Positions 57,585-64,000 of a stretch of DNA of 64,000 bases are shown in pieces. Under the pieces are notes generated by a model, which had not been told where the DNA came from, did no database searches, and was given only the letters and a program-made list of their open reading frames with translations. Where the stretch lies: assembly GCA_944375955.1 (NCBI GenBank), contig CALWBE010000026.1, positions 2,291-66,290 of the forward strand, read 5' to 3'. Position numbers and translations under genes: made by a program. Each line of letters opens with the position of its first letter. Position 1 is the first letter of the stretch. This stretch comes from an uncultured Clostridia bacterium (lineage in GTDB: Bacteria > Bacillota > Clostridia > Oscillospirales > CAG-382).

Positions 57585-58370
57585 TTATCCGATATCGAGA
57601 AAAGAATAAAGAACTCTGCGTATAAGTAAGGGATCAGAAAGAAAGGAAAAATGCCCGGCGTTTTTTATAGTAATAAGACCGCTGTCAGGGATAAATTTAT
57701 TAAATTTTTCCGCCTGATACATAGGGGTATCGGTATCATTTTCACCCCAAATAAGAAGCGTAGGAGCTTTGATATGAGGGAGCAGAGGAGAAAGATCCTC
57801 GTTGATAACGGAAACCATGCTTTTACGCATGATCGGAGAAGCGGCAGCATAATCTGCCGAGCCGTTTTTCCTGCGCAGGTTTTCGATATATTCCGGGAAC
57901 ATGTTTGATAAAAGTTTTGCCGAGAAAAACTTTTTAGCTAATTTGAACCGGGCAATTTTTATTTTTTGACTTAAAGTCTTTTTACGTATAAGACCTGCGC
58001 TGTCAATAAGGATAATTTTCGGAACTGATATTTTAGTTTTATCTGATGTTACAAGTTTTACGATAGTTCTTCCGCCGTGTGAATGTCCAATCAGTATGGC
58101 TTTTTTTATATCAAGCTTTTCACAGAAACATCTTACAAAATCAGCGTAATTTTCCGCGGTATAAGGAAAAGACGGCTCTTGAGAACCGCCGAAACCCGGC
58201 ATATCCGGGGCGATAACCCTGAAATAAGGTGTAAGCATATCTATTATACAGCGGTAAGTTTCGCCGCGCGCTCCCCAGCCGTGGAGAAGCAGCACGATGT
58301 CGCCTGAACCTTCGTCTATATATTGAATATTAAGTTCTTCACCGCACACGGTCAAGAGCATGGGCAGCAC
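57585..58370 (-). CDS. Alpha/beta-fold hydrolase
   Basis: HGWGARGETY and nucleophile elbow GHSHGG. Confidence 0.75.
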   Translation of the reverse strand: MLPMLLTVCGEELNIQYIDEGSGDIVLLLHGWGARGETYRCIIDMLTPYFRVIAPDMPGFGGSQEPSFPYTAENYADFVRCFCEKLDIKKAILIGHSHGGRTIVKLVTSDKTKISVPKIILIDSAGLIRKKTLSQKIKIARFKLAKKFFSAKLLSNMFPEYIENLRRKNGSADYAAASPIMRKSMVSVINEDLSPLLPHIKAPTLLIWGENDTDTPMYQAEKFNKFIPDSGLITIKNAGHFSFLSDPLLIRRVLYSFLDIG

Positions 58371-58743
58371 ATCCCTTTATAAAAATATTGATATAAAAAA
58401 TATAATCGGGCTCATATTTTAAAAAATATCCCAAAATACAGTTATATTATAGTATAAGATTTTTAATGGAAAATGTCAAGGAAAAAGAGCCTGAAAGCGG
58501 GGTTTCCACTAATATTTTTTATGGTATAATTTATTTAATGCAAAAGTTTTTAATTTTATGAATATAAAAAATATAATAAGAAGTTATGTAAAAATAATGG
58601 TTAAAATATATATTTGAAGATTTAAATGTATTAAATGAAAAAACATTGCACATAAAAGTAAAATTAAGGGGCTTGTGCTATTGACTGACATAAAAATTTT
58701 TATTATAATAATTAAATAAAATGGTAAAAAAGAGGTTTTTCTG

Positions 58744-59541
58744 TTGAAAAAATATAAGATAATTGATGCGCATTGTCATATTTACCCGGATAAAATTGCC
58801 GAAAAGGCGTCGAAGAGCACCGGAAAATTTTATGATATAGATATGCTTTACGACGGTAAAGTGTCTACTTTGCTTAAGGTCGGAACGGAAGCCGGGATAG
58901 ATCATTATATAGTTCAATCTGTTGCTACGAAACCGGAGCAGGTTTCTTCTATAAATCATTTCATATCCGAGGCAGTGAAGGCAAGCGGCGGGAAAATGAC
59001 CGGACTTGGCACGCTGCATCCAGACAGCGCGGATATTAAAAGAGATATAGACGAGCTTATATCCCTTGGGCTGCGCGGAGTCAAGCTTCATCCCGACATA
59101 CAGGGTTTTAAGCTTGATGATTACAGGTGTCTTAAGATATACGAGCTTTGCGAAGGTAAGCTGCCGATACTATTTCACACGGGAGACAAAAGATATGACA
59201 TGTCAAACCCGAATCGAATGGTGCCGATACTTGATATATACAAAAATCTTACGGCTATAGGAGCGCATTTCGGAGGATATTCGGTGTGGGAGGATGCTGT
59301 CAGGATGCTGCCGAAATATCCTAATATATTTGTAGACTGTTCATCGAGCTTTTTTGCAATGAGTGATGAAGAAATACGCCGAATGATAAATGCTTTCGGA
59401 GAAGACCGCGTTTTGTTCGGAACCGATTATCCGATGTGGGATCCCAAAAAAGAAGTAGACAGACTTTTATCACTCGGACTTTCTGACAGCGTATATGAAA
59501 AGATATTTCACCTAAATGCCGAAAGGATTTTCGGAATCTGA
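58744..59541 (+). CDS. Amidohydrolase-family (TIM-barrel metal-dependent) hydrolase
   Basis: IIDAHCHIYPDKIA metal-binding HxH. TTG start after AGAGG. Confidence 0.7.
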   Translation: MKKYKIIDAHCHIYPDKIAEKASKSTGKFYDIDMLYDGKVSTLLKVGTEAGIDHYIVQSVATKPEQVSSINHFISEAVKASGGKMTGLGTLHPDSADIKRDIDELISLGLRGVKLHPDIQGFKLDDYRCLKIYELCEGKLPILFHTGDKRYDMSNPNRMVPILDIYKNLTAIGAHFGGYSVWEDAVRMLPKYPNIFVDCSSSFFAMSDEEIRRMINAFGEDRVLFGTDYPMWDPKKEVDRLLSLGLSDSVYEKIFHLNAERIFGI

Positions 59542-59590
59542 ATATCTTTTGTTATAGAAAGCAGAGACGTTTTTTATGCGTTTCTGCTTT

Positions 59591-60754
59591 TTATTTGTTT
59601 TTTTTGAAACGGCGGTATTTTAAACGTGCCGATGATATTTTTTCGGTAGTATCTTCAGGAGGAGTTTTAAAAATTTTTATAATATTTTTATCATTTAAGT
59701 TTTTAATAATTATGGCGATTACGGGGAAAATAAAAATTCCGAGAATGCCCATAATTTTAGCGCCTGAAAAAATAACAAGCAGAGCTGTAAGCGGATCAAG
59801 TCCAGTAAAAGTGCCTAGGATTTTAGGTTCTATTATCTGGCGCACGGCTGTTATAATTATATATAATATCAATATTTTTAAAGCGTCAGAGCCGTTGCCG
59901 AAAGCATATTCTGCAGCTGCCCACGGAAGCAGAACCGCACCTGAACCGAATACCGGCAAAATATCGACAAGAGTGGTTGCGAGCGCGATTATAAAAGCAT
60001 AGTCACGTCTTATAAACATAAGACCGGCAAGAAGTTCAGCAAAGGTTATTATGGCAATTGCGGCATAAGCGCCGAAATATTTTGATATGGTATTAAAAAA
60101 TTGTATTCTGCATTCCGAAAGGATTATTTTAAGCTTTTCTGGAAGCTGAAATAAAAAGAATCTTTTTATTTTTTTAAGATCGAGCGTAAAATAATATGTG
60201 GCGAGTATAGTTATTATTGCGGAAATAAAAAAGTTAGGAATAAATGAAAATATTGCCGGAAGCGCTTCTGAAATATAACCGGCTATTCCTCCGGCAACGG
60301 AATAAGCTATTTGTCCGAGACTGCTTATAATAAAATCTCCGGTTTCATCTCCAGCCTGAAAAAACGGAAATTTTTCCGATACAAATAATTTTAAATCATC
60401 TATATATCCCGGAATATTATCCCTTAGGATATACGCATACTGTGAAAGACCGGAAATTTCCTTTAAAAGACGGGAAATTATTATATAGGCAAAAGTAAAA
60501 AGCGCGGCAAAAAAAGTGGAAGTTATAAAAATACATGCCGCCCATTTGGGCATATGAAGCTTTTCACGCAGATATTCTGCCGGGGGAGATAGAAAATGAG
60601 CGCATATTCCAGAAACAATAAAAGGAAAAAGTATTCCTAACACAAGGTTTCCGTATTGTGATAAAAGATAACATATTCCGACAATTCCGGCAGTTATAAG
60701 AAAAAAATATTCTGCTTTTTTTATATCAAAGCTCATTTTATAAATACCTTTCAT
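59591..60754 (-). CDS. AI-2E family transporter (YtvI-like sporulation membrane protein)
   Basis: 387 aa, ~8 TM segments. Conserved C-terminal region ILGTFTGLDPLTALLVIFSGAKIMGILGIFIFPV. Confidence 0.7.
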   Translation of the reverse strand: MKGIYKMSFDIKKAEYFFLITAGIVGICYLLSQYGNLVLGILFPFIVSGICAHFLSPPAEYLREKLHMPKWAACIFITSTFFAALFTFAYIIISRLLKEISGLSQYAYILRDNIPGYIDDLKLFVSEKFPFFQAGDETGDFIISSLGQIAYSVAGGIAGYISEALPAIFSFIPNFFISAIITILATYYFTLDLKKIKRFFLFQLPEKLKIILSECRIQFFNTISKYFGAYAAIAIITFAELLAGLMFIRRDYAFIIALATTLVDILPVFGSGAVLLPWAAAEYAFGNGSDALKILILYIIITAVRQIIEPKILGTFTGLDPLTALLVIFSGAKIMGILGIFIFPVIAIIIKNLNDKNIIKIFKTPPEDTTEKISSARLKYRRFKKNK

Positions 60755-60853
60755 AAAATAATATTGATTTTAATATGCATTTGTGATAAAATGTATTGAA
60801 AAAATTGTAAACTGATGATATTCATAAAAATAATGATTTGAAAGGAATAAATC

Positions 60854-62041
60854 ATGATAAATATCGCAATACTCGGTTTTGGAGTAGTCGGTTCGGGTGT
60901 CGCCGAAGTTATAAGTGAAAATTCGGATTCTCTCTCTGAAAAACTCAGTGGAGAAGAAATCTGTGTAAAATACATATTAGATAAAAGGTCTTTTCCCGAG
61001 CATGCGCTTGGAAACCGTGTTACCATGGATTTTGACATGATCCTTAACGACCCTGAGGTTATTGTAGTTGTTGAAACTATGGGCGGTTCGCATCCTGCAT
61101 ATGAATTTTCCAAAAGAGCGCTTGAAGCCGGTAAAAATGTTGTTACTTCAAACAAGGAAGTTGTTGCAAATTTCGGAACAGAACTTTTATCGATAGCCCG
61201 GGAAAATAATGTAAATTATCTTTTTGAGGCAAGTGTCGGAGGCGGAATACCGATTATACGTCCGATGTGGCAATGTCTTGCCGCAAATAAGATAGAGTCT
61301 GTCACCGGTATTTTAAACGGAACTACAAACTTTATACTCACAAAAATGATAAGCGAGGGAATGGATTTTGAAGAAGCTCTTAAGCTTGCTCAAAGTTTAG
61401 GCTATGCCGAGGCAAATCCTGCGGCGGATATAGAAGGAATTGACACTTGCCGCAAGATTTGCATACTTGCCTCTCTCGCGTTCGGAAAAACTGTTTTGCC
61501 GGAAAACGTTCATTGCGAAGGCATTTCGGATATAACTTTAGAGGATATGACAGCCGCGGAGGCTCTGGGATATTCGATAAAGTTGCTCGGAAGAGCTGAA
61601 AACACGGATGACGGAATATATGTTATTACAGCTCCTTTTCTTGTCGGATATGATAATCCCATGGCAGGAGTAAACGATGTTTACAACGCTATTACCGTAT
61701 GCGGCAATGCGGTGGGCGATATAATGTTTTACGGTAAGGGAGCAGGAAAGCTTCCTACGGCAAGCGCAGTTGTGGCGGATATAGTTGATATCGCCCGCGA
61801 GTGCAAAAAGAATATTATATGGAGTTTTTCAAAAGATAATCCGGTTACCGATTACCGCAGTGCAAAAACAAGATTTTTTGTACGCACTGAAGATCCCCGC
61901 GCAAAGGAATATTTCCCAGGCTGTGTATTCTGCGACAGTGAAAACGGAGAATATGCCTTTATAACGGATGAGGATAAAGAGTCAAGACTGAGTGAAAGGC
62001 TTACCGGATTTTCAGTGATTTCTAAAATAAGAGTTTTATAA
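60854..62041 (+). CDS. hom: Homoserine dehydrogenase
   Basis: NAD-binding INIAILGFGVVGSGV, catalytic region LFEASVGGGIPII and LNGTTNFILTKM. Confidence 0.85.
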   Translation: MINIAILGFGVVGSGVAEVISENSDSLSEKLSGEEICVKYILDKRSFPEHALGNRVTMDFDMILNDPEVIVVVETMGGSHPAYEFSKRALEAGKNVVTSNKEVVANFGTELLSIARENNVNYLFEASVGGGIPIIRPMWQCLAANKIESVTGILNGTTNFILTKMISEGMDFEEALKLAQSLGYAEANPAADIEGIDTCRKICILASLAFGKTVLPENVHCEGISDITLEDMTAAEALGYSIKLLGRAENTDDGIYVITAPFLVGYDNPMAGVNDVYNAITVCGNAVGDIMFYGKGAGKLPTASAVVADIVDIARECKKNIIWSFSKDNPVTDYRSAKTRFFVRTEDPRAKEYFPGCVFCDSENGEYAFITDEDKESRLSERLTGFSVISKIRVL

Positions 62042-62135
62042 AAAAACATGTTTAATGCAGTTATATATCAATATTATTTTCGTATTTGGGGAAAAAATAC
62101 CAAAAACGTGTTTTTTGCGGAGGTTAATATAACAA

Positions 62136-63206
62136 ATGCAGAAAAATGACAGAATAGGAAGCGTAGGCGGACAGGCGGTTCTTGAAGGCGTAATGATGCG
62201 CGCCGGAGAAAATGTGGCGCTTTCTGTACGCAGTACTGACGGTGAAATAAAAACCGAAGTTGAGAAGTTCCCGGCTCCTGGAAGCAAATATAAAATATTG
62301 AAAGCGCCCATAATCCGCGGCGTCGTCAATTTTATAGCAATGCTCAGACTTTCGATAAGAATTCTTAATAAATCCGTGGAGATGCTCGGACTTGAGGAGG
62401 ATATGGAGCCCGGAAAGGTTGAAAAATGGCTTGATAAGCATTTCGGAAAAAGCATAACGGCAGTTGCTACTGCGGTAGGAAGCGTTATAGGAATTGTACT
62501 GTCGGTATTTCTTTTTATGTATATACCGATAGTCACTTCTCAGTGGATATTTGGGGAGGAGACATACGGAATCATAAGACTTGGAAAAAGTGTTTTTTCC
62601 GGTGTTTTTAAAATAGCTATATTCCTCGTTTACGTATGGCTTGTTGGACTTATACCCGATATAAAACGAACATTTCAATATCACGGAGCGGAGCACAAAT
62701 CGGTTTTTTGCCATGAAAAATCATTGCCTCTAACTGTAGAAAACGTAATGAAGCAGTCGAGATTTCATCCGCGCTGCGGCACAAGTTTTCTTGTCGTAAT
62801 GATGATAATAGGAATTTTTGTGTCTTTCTTTTTCGTAAATATACCGTCTACTATTTTGCAGACGTTTCTTAAAATAATTACGCTTCCTTTAGTTGTCGGC
62901 CTTGGGTATGAATTTATAAGATATGCGGGGAAACATGACAATATGGCGGTAAAGATTCTTGCCGCACCCGGTCTTTGGATACAGAGGCTTACGACAAAGG
63001 AGCCGGACGAAAAACAGGTTGAAGTAGCAATACAGTCGCTCAAAGCTGCTTTGCCGGATATTTATCCTGAAATAAAAGAGGTGCTTGAGCGGCAGAAAGC
63101 TCAGACTGAATCCGAAACGGAAATAGAATCCGGCGAAACTTCGGACGAAAACAGTAAAAGCGGCAACGCTGAAAAAGAGCAAAAAGAAGACGGCAAAGAC
63201 GAATGA
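62136..63206 (+). CDS. DUF1385 (YqhQ-like) membrane protein
   Basis: GGQAVLEGVMMR and YHGAEHK motifs. Usual position upstream of prmC. Confidence 0.75.
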   Translation: MQKNDRIGSVGGQAVLEGVMMRAGENVALSVRSTDGEIKTEVEKFPAPGSKYKILKAPIIRGVVNFIAMLRLSIRILNKSVEMLGLEEDMEPGKVEKWLDKHFGKSITAVATAVGSVIGIVLSVFLFMYIPIVTSQWIFGEETYGIIRLGKSVFSGVFKIAIFLVYVWLVGLIPDIKRTFQYHGAEHKSVFCHEKSLPLTVENVMKQSRFHPRCGTSFLVVMMIIGIFVSFFFVNIPSTILQTFLKIITLPLVVGLGYEFIRYAGKHDNMAVKILAAPGLWIQRLTTKEPDEKQVEVAIQSLKAALPDIYPEIKEVLERQKAQTESETEIESGETSDENSKSGNAEKEQKEDGKDE

Positions 63207-64000
63207 CTTTACGGCAGTTTCGCGGATATGCTGCGAAAAAGATATATGAAAGTCCATTATGTCCTGATGAGAAAAAAGATATTAAAACTGCAGAGTTTGA
63301 AGCAGATGTACTCATAGAACATTTTGCCGGCACCGAATGTAAATTTTTAGAACGGGATAAAGATATTCCGGAAAAATGTGAAAAAAAACTAATTGATGCT
63401 TTAGAACGCAAACTTTCCGGAGAGCCTTTACAATATATTATAGGCGAATGGGAATTTTACGGCATCCGCATTTTCTGCGGGAAAGGATGTCTTATACCGC
63501 GGCCGGAAACGGAATTTGTTGCGGAATATATAATAAAAAAACTTCCTCGGGGAGGCCGGTTTCTCGATCTTTGCACCGGAAGCGGCTGTATACCAGCGGC
63601 CGTGCTGAAACACCGGGAAGACGCGGCGTGCGTCGCGGTGGATATATCAGAAGAAGCTTTGCATTATGCCGAAAAAAATTTCAGATACCACATGCTTGAA
63701 AGCCGCGCGGAGATCGTGCGTTGTGATATAAGCGAATATTTCCCTTGCGGGGATTTTGATATAATTTCATCAAATCCTCCTTATATAAAAAGCGGTGATA
63801 TGAAAACTTTGTCATGCGAGGTATTGCAGGAACCGCATATTGCGCTTGACGGAGGAGAAGACGGATTGTTATATTACCGCTTGATATTAAACCGTTATTT
63901 GCCGTATTTAAAGAAAAACGGAATATTTGTATTTGAGGCCGGCTATGATACGGCGGATAGTGTAGCATTTATGCTTGCGGAAAAAGGATTTGAAACTGAA
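63203..64000 (+). CDS. prmC: Release-factor glutamine N5-methyltransferase (HemK/PrmC), 3' end outside the window
   Basis: Hand-translated open frame from ATG 63203 (ATGA overlap with the DUF1385 stop) to the window end. Motifs PLQYIIGEWEFYG, LDLCTGSGCI and the catalytic SNPPYI. Absent from the ORF track because it has no stop in the window. Confidence 0.8.
   Translation, partial: MTLRQFRGYAAKKIYESPLCPDEKKDIKTAEFEADVLIEHFAGTECKFLERDKDIPEKCEKKLIDALERKLSGEPLQYIIGEWEFYGIRIFCGKGCLIPRPETEFVAEYIIKKLPRGGRFLDLCTGSGCIPAAVLKHREDAACVAVDISEEALHYAEKNFRYHMLESRAEIVRCDISEYFPCGDFDIISSNPPYIKSGDMKTLSCEVLQEPHIALDGGEDGLLYYRLILNRYLPYLKKNGIFVFEAGYDTADSVAFMLAEKGFETE

Noticed and set aside
60751-63411. Antisense ORFs 60751..61155, 62036..62536, 62124..62714, 62889..63257 and 63040..63411 (-)
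   Set aside because: They lie opposite hom, the DUF1385 gene and prmC, all of which carry clear family motifs. There are no SD sequences.

Overview
This looks like a low-GC Firmicutes/Clostridia chromosome segment. Dockerin, SLH and sporulation-type genes suggest a Ruminococcus/Oscillospiraceae-like host, but the taxon is inference only. Most of the window is ordinary housekeeping: an RluA-family pseudouridine synthase, a YtrA-type GntR plus ABC exporter, two stand-alone tRNAs (Glu-CUC, Pro-GGG), an F-type ATP synthase operon, ddl plus a murF-like gene, hom, DUF1385-prmC, rubrerythrin, MarR-MATE, an AraC regulator and several glycosidases. Four accessory blocks stand out. (1) At 17.9-29.2 kb, eleven ORFs on one strand form a phage-derived capsid/DNA-packaging module: a small Cys-rich protein, TerS, TerL, portal, scaffold, a capsid candidate and five unknowns. 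No integrase, repressor, replication, tail tube/tape measure or lysin gene is visible anywhere in the window. The module has a consensus promoter that is immediately followed by an intrinsic-terminator hairpin. (2) Directly downstream are two signal-peptide-less right-handed beta-helix paralogues. The same domain forms the C-terminus of an SLH-anchored surface protein at 1-4.4 kb. (3) This whole block lies between a Wzx-like flippase and a PglC/PglE-like glycan-initiation pair. (4) At 36.7-47.6 kb are an ECF sigma/PepSY anti-sigma pair, a 1594-aa surface protein with three ~318-aa repeat modules, and a dockerin-bearing GH78 rhamnosidase. Two housekeeping oddities are also reported. The ATP synthase operon has no separate delta gene; a delta C-terminal-domain-like segment is fused in frame to alpha. 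The MurF-like ligase has a polytopic membrane domain in place of its usual N-terminal domain. All functional calls come from motif recognition by eye; no database search was run.
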